A stretch of 64,000 nucleotides of DNA from the human T2T-CHM13v2.0 reference genome, Homo sapiens, in the NCBI RefSeq assembly GCF_009914755.1, contig NC_060925.1. One strand, written 5' to 3'. Position 1 is the stretch's first letter, and each line of letters opens with the position of its first letter. Positions 51,081 through 64,000 of the stretch are shown here, piece after piece. Under the pieces are notes generated by a model that saw only the letters and a list, made by a program, of their open reading frames with translations, had not been told where the DNA came from and did no database searches. The position numbers were made by a program, and so were the translations under genes.

Positions 51081-54000
51081 TCAGTGCTATTTTTCCAACA
51101 GTGTGAGCTCACTTCATATCTCTAGGTCACTTTTTGGTAGTTTTTGCAGCATTTCAAACTTTTTCATTATTGTTACAGCTCTTATGATGATCTGTAATTA
51201 GTGATCTTTGATGTTACTGTTGTAATTGTTTTGGGGAGCCATGAACTGCACCCATAGAAGGTGGCGAACTTAGTAGTGTTGAGTGTGCTCTGACTGCTCT
51301 ACTCACTGGCCATTCCTTCATCTCCCTTCCCCTTCTGGGACCTCCCTATTCCCTGAGACAAAACAATATTAAAATTAGGCTAATTAACAATGGCCTCTAA
51401 ATGTTCAAGTGAAAGGAAGAGTTGCACTTCTCTCACTTTAAGTCAAAAGCTAGCAATGATTAAGCTTAGTGAGGAAGGCATGTTGAAAGCTGAGATAGGC
51501 CAAAAGCTAGGCCTCTTGCACTGAACATTTAGCCAAACTCTGAATGCAAAGGAAAGGTTGTAGAAGGAAATTAAAAGTGCTGCTCCAATGAACACATGAA
51601 TGATAAGGAAGTATAACAGCCTTATTGCTGATATGGAGAAAATCTTAGTGGTTGGACAGAAGGTCACACCAGCCACAATATTCCCTTAAACCAAATTCCC
51701 TTAAGCCTACTCCCTAACTCTCCTCAAGTCTATGAAGTCTAAGAGGTGAGGGAAGTGCAAAAGAAAAGTTTGAAGCTAGCATAGGTTGATTCACAGGGCT
51801 TAAGGAAAGAAGCCATTTCCATAACATAAAAGTGCAAGGTGAAGCGGCAAGTGCTAAAGTAAGAGCGCAGCAACTTATCCAGAAGATCTAGCTAAGATCA
51901 TTGATGAAGGGGGCTATGCTAAACAACAGATTTTCAATGTAGACAAAACAGCCATCTAAGACTTTTGTAGCTAGAGAGAAGTCAATGCCTGGCTTCAGAA
52001 CTTCAAATGACAGGCTCACTCTCTTGCTAGGAGCTAATGCAACTAGTGACTTTCAGTTGAAGCCAGTGGTCACTTATCAATGTGAAAATCCTAGGGTCCT
52101 TAAGAATGATGCTAAGTCTACTCTGCCTGTGCTCTATAAATAGAAGAACAAAGCCTGGATGACAGCACATCTATTTACAGCATAGTTTACTGAATATTTT
52201 AAGCCCACTGTTGAGACCTACTGCTCAGAAAAAAAAAGATTCCTTTCAAAATATTACTGCTTATTGGCAATACACCTAGTCCCCAAGAGCTCTAATGAAC
52301 ATGTACAAGATAAATATTGTTTTCATGCCTGCTAAAACAACATTCATTCTGCAGCTTGTGGATCAAAAAGTAATTTTGACTTTCAAGTCTTGTTATTTAA
52401 GAAATACATTTTGTAAGGCTGTTGCTGCCTTAGATAGTGATTCCTCTGATGGACCTGAGTAAATTAAATTGAAAACCTTCTGGAAAAGATTTACCATTCT
52501 AGATGCCATTAAGCACATTTGTGATTTATGGGAGGAGGTCAAAATACCAACATTAACAGGAGTTTGGAAGAAGTTGATTTCGGTCCTCATGGATGACTTT
52601 GAGGGAGTCAAGACTTCACTGGCTGCAGATGCGGTGAAAATAGCAAGGGAACAAGAATTAGAAGTGGAACCTGAAGATGTGACTGAATTGCTGCAATCTC
52701 ATGATTAAAACTCGAATGGACAATGAGGTGCTTCTCTACATATGAGCAAAAAAGTGGTTTATTGAGATGGTATCTATTCCTAGTGAAGATACTGTGAAAA
52801 TTGTTAAACTCACAGCAAAGGATTTAGAATAGTTCATAAACCATAAACTTAATAAAGCAGCAGGGTTTGAGAGGATTTTTAATTTTGAAAGAACTTCTAC
52901 TGTGAGTAAAATGCTGTCAAACATCACATGCTACAGAGAAATATTTTATGAAAGGAAGAGTCTATTGATGCAGCAAATTTCCTTCTTCTCTTATTTTAAG
53001 AAATTGCCACAGCCATCCCAACCCTTAACAACCACCACCCTGTCAGTGAGCAACCATCAACATCAAGGTTTGCTACCAACAAAAAGATTACTACTCACTG
53101 AAAGCTGAGATGATTGTTGGCATTTTTTAGCAATAAAGTATTTTTAAATTAAGGTATATACATTTTTTAGACATAATGCTGTTATACACTTAATAGACTA
53201 AAATATAGTGTAGACATAGCTTCTTTATGCACTGGGAAACCAAAAAATGAATGTGACTCACTTTATTGTGATATTTGCTTCACTGCGGTGGTCTGGAAGT
53301 GAACCCATAATATCCCTGAGGTATGCCTGTATTCCAGGCCATTGAACTATTTATATTATTCTTCACTGCAATTTTTTTACATTATGAGATTATTTTTTAG
53401 TGTTTATTCTATTATCTACACAAAGTATAAAGATTGTAATAGCTATCTTAATTTGTATTAATCTGCCATAATATATATAGTGGCTATAATTTTTATTAAA
53501 TTCAGTTTTTCAGGACTAGATTTTACATATCTAAATTCTGTTACGAATTCTTAATTTTTTTGTGGCAATTTATAGTCAGCAAATGCTATCATGTGTCATT
53601 TTAGCCAGTGAGTTTTATGTTTGTTATTACTACCAATAATAATCATCATGGTTTGGATAGAAGACTTAACAGAATTTTTTTCTTTCTTAAGCAAATCCAA
53701 GAGAGAATTTTGAGCATTGCCCTCCAGCTCTGTAGCAGGGTTTAGGCAGCAAAGATCTTCAGGGTAGAAATGTCCTGCTTTGGGGTAGGACAGAAACAGA
53801 CTTGATAAGCGCATGAACAGATACATTGCAGAGAATATGGTAGCTGAGTGGGGGAGCAGAGTAGAGCATATTTGGGGGATGCAGTGAAGGACAAGACTGG
53901 AAAGGTCCTCTGGGAACCAGAATTTGGCAGGCCTTGGGTGCAGTCACATGAAGATGATTTTATTCTTTAGGTAATATGATTTGAACCCCCCACACACACT

Positions 54001-54166
54001 TTCTCCTGATCAGCATACAAAATGTGGAAAATATATAAAATTAGAAGAAAATGTTACCTATCAGAGGTAATCACTGCTAATATCTTAAAATATAGCTTTC
54101 CAGTGTCTTCCATTTTGTGTTTTACACAGTTGAAACCAAATTACATACATAATTTTTTATGCTGCC

Positions 54167-54473
<307 letters not shown>

Positions 54474-57327
54474 TAACTGAACATTGTAATATAAGCATGT
54501 ACCATGTTACTAAAAACTTTAGTATATTTATTTCAATAATACTATGCATATTCTTTAATGGATGGAGTGTAAATTAAGTAACAGTTCTTCTGTTTTGGTT
54601 ATTACTGTTGTTTCTTACGTATTCCCTTTATTGCTAATTCTGTGCTGTTAAACATTTGAGTGTAAGAAGCAAGTGAGGTATATGACAGTATGTGGTAAGT
54701 GGCTGAAAGTTTAAGTCTGAAAACAGACATAAACTGTTAGGATTGCAGAATAGTTAGGATCGCAAACCTAGATTTTAAGATAATCCACCGGGACAAGATA
54801 ATAAAGCCAACGATAGTATGCAGGACAAAACACAAGGGCCAGAGGACAGAACCTTGGTAGAAAAAGACCTAATTAGGGCCAATGAGACCAAACACTGGGG
54901 AGGTATGTGGTATCACAGAAGCTAACTATGGAAAGTACGTTAGAGGACAGGGTGTTCAGCTCTGCCATAGCGTAGAGAGATGGGGTAATATGAGAGATGC
55001 TCTGTTTATTTGGCAATCAGCAAGTCTTCAGGGAATTCTGAGAGAAAAGTTTCAATGGAGTTGTAGGAACAGAAACCAGGTTTCAAGGGATTAGAGAGCA
55101 AGCAGGTGGTGAAGGAGCAGAAGTGTGGAGTGTAACTTCTTTTGGAAGCCCTGTTAATGAAGAAAAGGAGAAAAATGCAATTGGGTAAAAGAGACAAGAA
55201 TAAACAGCAATATTTTATTTATTTTTAGGAGAAGGACTTGAACATGATTATACATTGAGGCAAAGGATTAGTGTAAATGAAAATAGGGATACAAATATTA
55301 AAAACAAACTCATGATTGAGAGTCTGTATGCTTTCTTAAAAAATATTTTTTTTTCTGTCCTAAAACCTGATTACTAGTTTAAGAAGAAATTCCCAGACTT
55401 TTCCTAATCAAATGCTATTTCCAAGCATTGTGGCTTAAAAACTGGCTTACACCCAAGACTTATTTTATCTTACTGAAATGAGGAACTACCCATAGTATCG
55501 ATTTTGGACTTTGCATGTTTGCTTTGTTTTATTTAAGTGAGTCATCGCTAGCATAGCATAAGAATAAACGCATTTAGTGACATTTTATTTCTAGTTAACA
55601 TTTTCTGTATTTCCTTGTTCGCAGATTACAACCACCTTTCAATGGCAGTTTCTGAGAATTCTCTAGTGCTGGTGTCTAAACATGGTTATTAACATTTTAT
55701 CTGCTATTTTTACCTTTTTGAGGCCAGTTCAGGTTACCATAAGGTTTTGTATTGTTAAAGTATCACGTCTGTGTACCATCCCAGGCATCTTTATGGTTAA
55801 CAAATGACTTACAGGAAGTGTACCTGAATATCTTATGTGGACAGTTCTGTGGACATCACTATTTCCTTTATGTATGAGGCAGAAATACATAGAAATAGCT
55901 TTAGAAATAGCCTCAGGAAGTAGTTAGAAAAGATTATTCATAGTCCTTCCAAAAAAAGGTAATTGGTTGCAAGATTTTGCTTTAAACTAAATTAATAACC
56001 TCTTATAAGCAATCATAAATTACCTTTATAATTTCTGTTAATAGAAAAGTAAACAAAATCATCAAACTAGGAATACAGATAATATGCATTTGTAATTATA
56101 CACAATTGAAAACTGTAACTTCCGTCATTATGCTAATCAAGTGTAAGCCTTCCTGAAGCAACTAGGAACTCAGTAATAACTGCAATATTAGCTCTTACTG
56201 TTTGCTCATTCAAGAAACTGAAAATTATTACCAACTGGTAGTAAGTCAAAATGAATTCAAGAGCTATTTTTGCTAAGATAACTTATATAAACCCTAGCTG
56301 CCACATGACTCTCTGCTGGTACTGTATTGCCTTCAAAGGAACATCAGTCCGGCATTCAAAATAATTAAGAAGCTATTTTAACTGTTTGTTAGAGTTTCTC
56401 TAACCTACCCTGCTCCCTCTGGGGTTTCCTTCTATGTGAGGAGTGGTGTCAGATGGGTCAAGTAACACAATATAAGGCATAAACATGAAATCTGTTTACA
56501 CTGACTGTAATCAATATCAGCAGGAGATACCACAGCAGGTCTGTGCCACTCAAGGAAGGTCCCAGCATGTATGCTCACTACAGTCCTTTTATATACAGCC
56601 ATCTATAATCTCATCCTTTTACCAATGCATATGATCCCTTCCATCTCCTCCCCAGACCTTCCTTCAAAGTAGAGCTATATTAATAGTAGGCTGTGCTGCT
56701 GTGCCTTTGATTATAAGTTACTTCATCCGCATAAGTGCTGAATTATTGTAATATCATTAGTGTAAGGATAAGCAAGACAACCAGAGCAGAGCCTTCATAG
56801 TACAGTTTGTAATAACTCTTTGTGCTGTTTTGTCATACCCTGGCCATGTCGTTGGCTCATTTCTCTCTTGATCTCAAGAATGTAAACACCCTACCATCTT
56901 CTTACCTGTATTTCCAAGTATGTCTTGGTGACCCGAACATATTCTTTTGAACTTACTGTTTAATATTCCTGTTCCAGAAAACTGATACATTTTCCTCCTC
57001 TGATATTATAGAGTTCCTTTTTGATAATTATACTTGTGAAAATACCAACGGAGGAATACTTTCATAATATGTAGCAGTATTTTTCACAGTACTGGAGGAT
57101 GGCAAAATTAATAATAATACATAGCAAAAATTTCATTAAACTCCTATTTCCCTTACTCTCAGTAGCTTTCATTTGCAAGGCAGCTACTCCAGACATGCAT
57201 GCAGAAGACTCCAGGAGTTTTTAGGAACCAGAGAATCATTTTACCCAAGGACTCAGGAAATGCATCATAGGAAAAGCTTTTGAGCAATGTCTTGAATTAT
57301 ATAACACTTGGTGGTTTACGCAGAGGG

Positions 57328-57355
<28 letters not shown>
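57328..57355. repeat. (GT)14 microsatellite
   Basis: Read from the sequence. Confidence 0.9.
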
Positions 57356-57358
<3 letters not shown>

Positions 57359-58249
57359 GCCATTTAATTTAGTAAGTTTTTATAAGCATTTTAGATCCAG
57401 ACAACATATGTTTACCAATTTGTACCTAACTATAAAACATTTCATAAGAGGAAATTTATACAGAGGAGAATAATTACAAATTACTTTCAACATCCCTTCA
57501 GTGTTGAAATTAAACTTGAGCTCAGATCTGCTGAGTCTAAAATTTGTTCCCTCCTCTTTTTACCATGTGGGTGAGGCTGGATACTAGGAAAGGATAAGAA
57601 GACATTTGGGAGGGCATCCTAAAGGATGGGAAAACCACGAAGGCAGACATGCAGGTGCATAGTGCCAGGGCAGAAAATAGTGAAGAACTGTAGGGGCGCA
57701 AATTTGAGAGGTTGAAGGAAGAAGATTGAATACTAGCTGAAGAGTTTGGTTTTTCGTGTACATACATAAGAAGCCATAAATTTATTGATCTGGAAACTGG
57801 CTGATTGGAGCTGTAATTGAAGAAACTGTTTACAACTATTATTTTCCCACACCTTTTTAGAATATTTAGAAAGAATAAGTCTTTTTGTTCAAAAGTAAAG
57901 TCTCTTTGGAAGAACAAGTAACCTACTAATTTGGTTTCTTGCCTTTTCTTGATTTGTTATTTAAATTTCCTACACAACACCAATGTACATTTTCCTGTTT
58001 CTTAAGATCTAACTTGTAATTCATTTTTCATTTCTTCAAGTGTTTTATTCAGAAAGGGTACCTGGGTGATAGTTTTTTGCCTAAGAGTTATCTTTCTTTC
58101 TCCTTCCTACACAATGCTTAGTTTGGGCTGGTGTAGAATCCATAGTTCATATCAACTTCTGGGTTTTGTGAAGTTATTTATTCCCTGTGTCCTTGTTTTT
58201 AAGAGTTGTGGAGAACATATTTTCATTTCTATGTGCATAATCTGATTTT

Positions 58250-58650
58250 GAATAGACTGTTTTTTAGAGCAGTTTTAGCATCACAGAGAAATTGAGTGGA
58301 AGGTACAGAAATGCCTCCTATACCTCCTGTCCCCACATACACACAATATCCCCCAGCTATTAATATTCCTAACCAGAGTGGCGCATTTGTTACAGTTGAT
58401 GAACCTTCCTTGACGCAGCATCATCTAAAGTACTTTAAAGTTTACGTTAGGCTTCACACTTGGTGTTGTCCATTCTGTGTTTTGACAAATGTATAATGAC
58501 ATGTACCCACCATCATAGCATCATACAGAGAAGTTTCACTGCCCTAAAAATCCTCTGTGCTCCACTTGTTCATCCCTCCTACTCCCAACCCCTGGCAATC
58601 ACTGATTCTTTTCTATCTGCACAGTTTTGCCTTTTCCAGTATGTCATAGT
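58250..58650 (-). mobile_element. L1MC 3' fragment
   Basis: Same family as 43250-44135 (tcactgccctaaaaatc, gttttgccttttccag). Confidence 0.75.
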
Positions 58651-58924
58651 TCATAAGCTAATTTTAATTTCCTATATCCTTGCAGGATTTTTACCTTATC
58701 CGTAGGAAAATTTTGTGTAGCTTTCATCAGATTTCCCAGTCTATGATGTGTATTCTGAAATTTTCGGTATGAAGTCTTTCCTTCAATTAATCTAGGAATG
58801 TTTTTTTCTCCTGTTACTTCATTTTTATTGTGTCCTCTGCATCTATATTGTTCTAGAAAGTGGAGAGGTGATGCTATGTAGAATTTGCATAGTTAGAGCA
58901 AAATAAATTTTGTGAGTTTGAGTT

Positions 58925-59840
58925 TTTTAGGTTCCACATATAAGTGAGATTATGTGATATTTGTCTTTCTGTGCCGGGGTTATTTCACTTAGCATAATAT
59001 CCTCCTGGTTCATCTATGTTGTCACAAATGGCAGGATTTCCTTCTTTTTTAAGGCTGAATAATATTCCATTTATGTATATACATCCCACATTTTCTTTAT
59101 CCATTCATCTGTTGATGGACATTTACGTTGTTTCCATATTTTGTCTCTTGTGATTAATGATGAAATGAACATGGGGGTGCAGATATCTCTTCAAAAAACT
59201 AATTTAATTTCCTTTGGATATATACCCAGATGTGGAATTGCTGGGTTATATCATGGTGCTATTTTTTATTTTTTGAGGAATATCCATACTGTTTTCCAAA
59301 CTGTACCAATTGGCATTCTCACCAGCGGTGTGAAAGGGTTCCCTTTTCTGCATATCCTCACCAACACTTTGTCTTTTGTCTTTTCGATAATATCCATTGT
59401 AATTGATAGGAGTGTTAACTCATTGCGGTTTTGATTTGCATTTCTCTGATGATTAATGATGTTGAGCATCTTTTCACATACTTCTTGGCCATTTGTATGT
59501 CTTCTTTTTTTATTGTAAATTGACAATTTGTAATTGTATAAGTTTATGGTATAAAAAGAGATGTCATAATTTATGAATACAATGTGGGATAAACTAGTTA
59601 ATGTATTCATCACCTCAGATACTTGATGTTTTTTGTGGTAACATTTGAAATTTACTCTCTTAGTGTTTGTCTTCTTTTGAGAAATCTCTATTTGAGTCCT
59701 TAGCCTATTTTTTAATCAGGTTATTTGACTTTTTTTTTTTTTTTGCTATTGAGTTGTATGAGTTTCTTATATATTTGGGATATTAACCCCTTATCAGCTA
59801 TATGGTTTGTAAGGTTTGTAAATATTTTCTCCCCTCTGTA
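58925..59840 (-). mobile_element. L1MA 3' fragment(s)
   Basis: ttccacatataagtgagat...ttgatttgcatttctctgatgatt. Confidence 0.8.
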
Positions 59841-60784
59841 GGGGACATACGTTTTTTTAATGAAATTTTTCATCAAGACATCTGTCAGTCACTGAATAAA
59901 AACCCTGCATGAAGCTATAAGACTTTTTGTAATATAGAAGATTATAAACAAGTATTCAGCAAATATTCATTTGAGGTCCTACTGTGTGCCAATCAGTGCT
60001 ATGTTTTTATATGAAATTTCTCATTAGAACAGTTCTAGACAATGAACAGTTGTCTACTGACAAAGTTCCTTGCATTAGAGCTCACTCTTTTCTTTTTATC
60101 TCCTCATGATGGAAGAGGAGCCTCTTCTCCTGTTCAGGGCCAGTCCCCCTAATTATCACCTGGATCCCATCGTCTGGCATTCTCAGGGATGAACCTCCTC
60201 TGGCACCATTATTCATACCCTCTCAAATCTTTTCTCCTTACTGTTAGTGCTGACAGGTTCTTTACTATCAGCACTAAACCATGCTTAAGTCTCTTCTTAC
60301 ATGTTAAAATGAAATCCTCACTTTATGCATATCCCCATTTGGCTGCCACCCTAATTTTCTCCACTTTATTACTAAAATATTTGAAATGTCTGTGTTCCCT
60401 GTCTCTGCTCCTCATAGTAATCCGGCTTCCATCCCTCCTTTTACTGAAACTACACTTGCTAGTGTTATTAGTGAATTCTTCATTGCTAAATTTTTTTTAG
60501 CCTTTATCTTACCTGACCTCTCTGCCACATTTGATAATTCAACAATTCTTTCTTTAAAGGTTTTCCCCTTGGCTTTGGTGACAACGTAATCTCCTTTGCT
60601 TCTCCCACTGTTGACGTGTTAGCCTCCTTTGCCTGTGCCCCTTCTTCTCGTATACCCTAAGTGTTCATGTTCCTTGGAGTTCCAAACTCTGCCCTCTTCC
60701 CTTTCTCCTCTACCCACTCTCCCTGAATGGCCTTATCCATTCCCATAGCTTCAGTGACTATTTACATGCTGAGGTCTTTTGTCC

Positions 60785-60958
60785 TTTTTTTTTTTTTTTT
60801 TTTTTTTTTGAGACAAGATCTCAGTTTGTCACCCAGTCTGGAGTACAGTGGTGCAGTCATGGCTCACTGCAGCCTCAAACTCCCAGGCTTAAGCAGTCCT
60901 CCCACCTCAGCCTCCCAAGTAGCTAGGATTATAGGTTTGAGCCATCATGTGCAGCCTG
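60785..60958 (-). mobile_element. Alu right-arm monomer
   Basis: T25 tail followed by a single arm. Confidence 0.8.
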
Positions 60959-63876
60959 TCATTTACATTTGTATTTTCAGCCCTGACCACCTTTGAGTTC
61001 TAGGTCTGTGTATCTGTCTGCCTCCTAGACATTTCCAAATAGGGAACCCACAGGCTCCTCAACCTCAAAATATCCAAAACTGGATTATCATTTCCCTCAC
61101 TCCCTAATCCCACTAGCAAAATGAGTGAGTGAATAAATAAGAAATAAATAAAACAAAATCTTCTTGTGTCCAATTCTTTTCACCCATTTACCCAAGCCAA
61201 AAATATCTCTGATGTATGAGATGTTCATTTATCCTTAGTGTTGTGTCACAATTTTGTAGATCTGACTTATCCTTGGAGTATTAAAATACTTATTTTTGCC
61301 TCTGTTCCCACAGGTTTCTTTTTTCTCAAGAGTCTGTATCTTTTAAGAAGTAGAAATCTTCATTAATATTGAAAAAAATCTTTCCTTATAAATTTGACCA
61401 TTATTTCACTCTGGTGGGCAAATTGAGGTGGACTATATACATCCTTGATAATAACTTGTAACATTTATTATTGAGATACACTGTAAGCCAGGCACTGTTC
61501 TGAACTCTTGTGTGTAATAATTCATTTGGTTTCCCCAAATTCCCATGAGTTGTAGGTATTGTTACATCCTGTTTCACAGAGGAGGAAATGCAGAATGCAG
61601 AGAGGTTAGGAACGTGTCCAGCGTGACAGTTGGCAGGGAGCAGAGGCAGGATTTGAACACAAGCAGCCTGGCTCTGGATCCTTTAAGCTCTTAACCTCTA
61701 TGCAATACTATCTGGCAAACAGTTTGCATTCTTCATAGCAGTTTCTTATCACTGTTTTTTAAAAAGTTAAAAATATACTGAATTACCAAGACATGGCATA
61801 ATTTTAAATGTGTACCTAGGGTATACCTATGCAAGTTATTCGAGAATAAGTAATGCATTTTGCTGGTACAGTAGTCACAAAAAAATGGATCCATAATTTT
61901 CCTTTTATTTTACTTTTATTTTTTAAAGACTTTCTAGATTTTCTTTGACTCGTTTGAAACACAAGGCCATAGCAACATTTCTTCTGAGTCCTCTGCTTAT
62001 TTTATGTCAGCAGCTGTATCACTTTATCTTAGAAATACTTGGGTTTTCACAGTATCAACACAAATCATATTCTGTTGCTTTGTTTCTGGAAAGTGGTTAA
62101 GCAACTGTATAAAAGTCATAGGAAATTAATGACTCACATAACGGAAACCATTTACTAATGTGACTTTTGTCTCAGATGCCAAGTAGTCTGAGTTTGTTTC
62201 CATGGTAACCCATCAGTATAACAAATGGTCGCAAACTAACTTTGCTACTTTTTTGGTTGTTTGTTTCATTTGGACAGCTTTCTGATAGCTGTGTGTGTGC
62301 GTGTGTGTACACATTAAAGATTATCACACACAAAAAAAATCTGAGTAATTGCCTTAGTTGCACAAACAAAACCTTTTTTTAGAGAGATTGTTTGAGAATC
62401 CAAGGCTATTTTGATGTTACAAAACGATAAAGATTACTTAACATATCTTTCTACTTCAGTTCCTATTAAGAAAGGGCACACAGTCATCAATTTTTAAGCC
62501 CATACATTTAAAAAATTCATTTATAATATTTGTTTATTTGAAATGTATCAATCATAGGAGACTCTGCCAGAAACAAGGCAGAGAGAACGGGAAATGAGGA
62601 CACTGTCTTGGGAGACTGAAGACTGAGTGAATGATGGAAGAAGTGGAGGCAGCCAGCTCTTTCCTGCCCCTCCCTGGGGGACAGTGCTCTAGGGTAGGGA
62701 AAAGAGGACACTGAGAAGGGAACCAAGGCAGGCCTGGTCATATGGGACACCGAGTTGCAGAGAGATTTCTAGAGGAGGTAATGACAAAACTAGATGCGTT
62801 AGAATTAAACTGGTGAGTGCGGGAAGTTGAAAGGAGAGTGGATGGAATAGAAGGGAAAGAAAAAATCATGAACAAAGGCATGCAAATGAGAAATAGTGTG
62901 AAGTAAATGGGAATGACAAACAATATAAGACAGAAAGAAAGGGTCAAGAGATAAGACTAAAGACAGACAGGGGCTTAATCATAAAGAGGCCCCATTAAGG
63001 AGGTTGAACCTAATCCTATAAGAGGAAGCAGTGAAGGATTTTAAACAGAAATGACATTATCAAGTTTGTATTTTAAAAAGAGTTCTCTGGTAGCAATGAG
63101 GAAGATAGATCTGAGCGGGGACCATTAAGGAGGCTGTTGCCATGCTTCAGGGAAGAGATATTGAGAGTCTGAATTGTGGTGGTGCTAGACACAGGAAAGG
63201 GCTTGATTTACAAATAGGAAGTAACACAGGCAAGAATTGGTAGCTGGAACCAGTCATTTGTGGCCCATGCCTGACTTCAGTTATTCATTTGGTCAACAAA
63301 TCTTTATTGTTTCCTGTGTTTGGCAAATGATTAGTGTTATGCTGTACTCTTTCCCACCTTCATCATTTCTGGATTTCTTCTCCATTAAGGATTCTTTGTT
63401 TGCACATCATGAGGTAATTAATAGACAACTGCACTTCGCATGGCTCTAGTTCATCCCAACCTGATCTCTTGTCTTGGCTTATTTGACTTTCTTACTCACA
63501 TAAGAACCTGTTTCAGAGTCCTAGCACATTTGTCAGTCTACTACTTGGGAGGCAGTATCTATGTGTTCGGATAGGGGCTTATTGCCCAGGAAGTGAATCA
63601 GAGCTTATTTGTGTCTTCATTGGGTGGGACTCTACGGGTCATGAAAAATATGTACAATAGGTTCCAGTGTATTTCGTCTGTATACTTAAATGAGGGGAAC
63701 AGGACTCTGGGATGGACCACCTACAACAATGTGAATAACATTTGAACTTTGCAGATTTGGAAATGGTAAGACTTAGTCTATGTCAGTTAGGATTTAGTTC
63801 AGCTGCATATAACAAAATCCAAAATAAGCATTTTAAATAATAAGATTTAAGAAGTTTGGGCTGGGTGTGGTGACTT

Positions 63877-64000
63877 GGCCAGGCATGGTGGCTCTCGCCT
63901 GTAATCTCAGCACTTTGAGAGGCCAGGGTGGGCGGGTCACTTGAGTTTAGGAGTTTGAGATGAGCCTGGCCAACTTGGTGAAACCCCATCTCTACAAAAA
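63877..64000 (+). mobile_element. Alu left arm (cut by the window end)
   Basis: ggccaggcatggtggctc..gtgaaaccccatctctacaaaaa. Confidence 0.9.

Noticed and set aside
51390-52800. Possible domesticated Tigger transposase (TIGD1-like)
   Set aside because: The reading frame is interrupted many times; only fragments under 80 aa remain.

Overview
Hominid (most likely human) genomic DNA that is mostly interspersed repeats. It contains the CpG-island promoter and first coding exon of FAM102B/EEIG2 (+ strand, ATG at 31417, donor after 31553), and intron 1 runs past the window end. Clear mobile elements are a full-length SVA with a 16-bp TSD, a MER11 (HERV-K HML-8) solo LTR with a 6-bp TSD, a near-full-length dead L1PA6, a twin-primed (5'-inverted) L1PA2-like element nested with an Alu inside a full-length Tigger1, and many Alu, L2, MIR and old L1 fragments. 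The main find lies in the non-repeat islands upstream of FAM102B (about 1-24.4 kb, minus strand). Hand translation gives a collinear series of decayed thioredoxin-fold segments resembling the a, b and b' domains of PDI/ERp57/ERp72, mostly bounded by canonical splice acceptors and full of stops and frameshifts. This suggests a dead multi-exon protein-disulfide-isomerase-family gene lying head-to-head with FAM102B. Other notable items are an in-frame N-terminal extension, a strong-Kozak uORF and an in-frame GGC (polyGly) repeat in the FAM102B leader, and a palindromic AT-rich expansion inside an Alu monomer tail that carries a locally templated 17-mer. Protein and repeat comparisons were made by eye from memory and need alignment confirmation.
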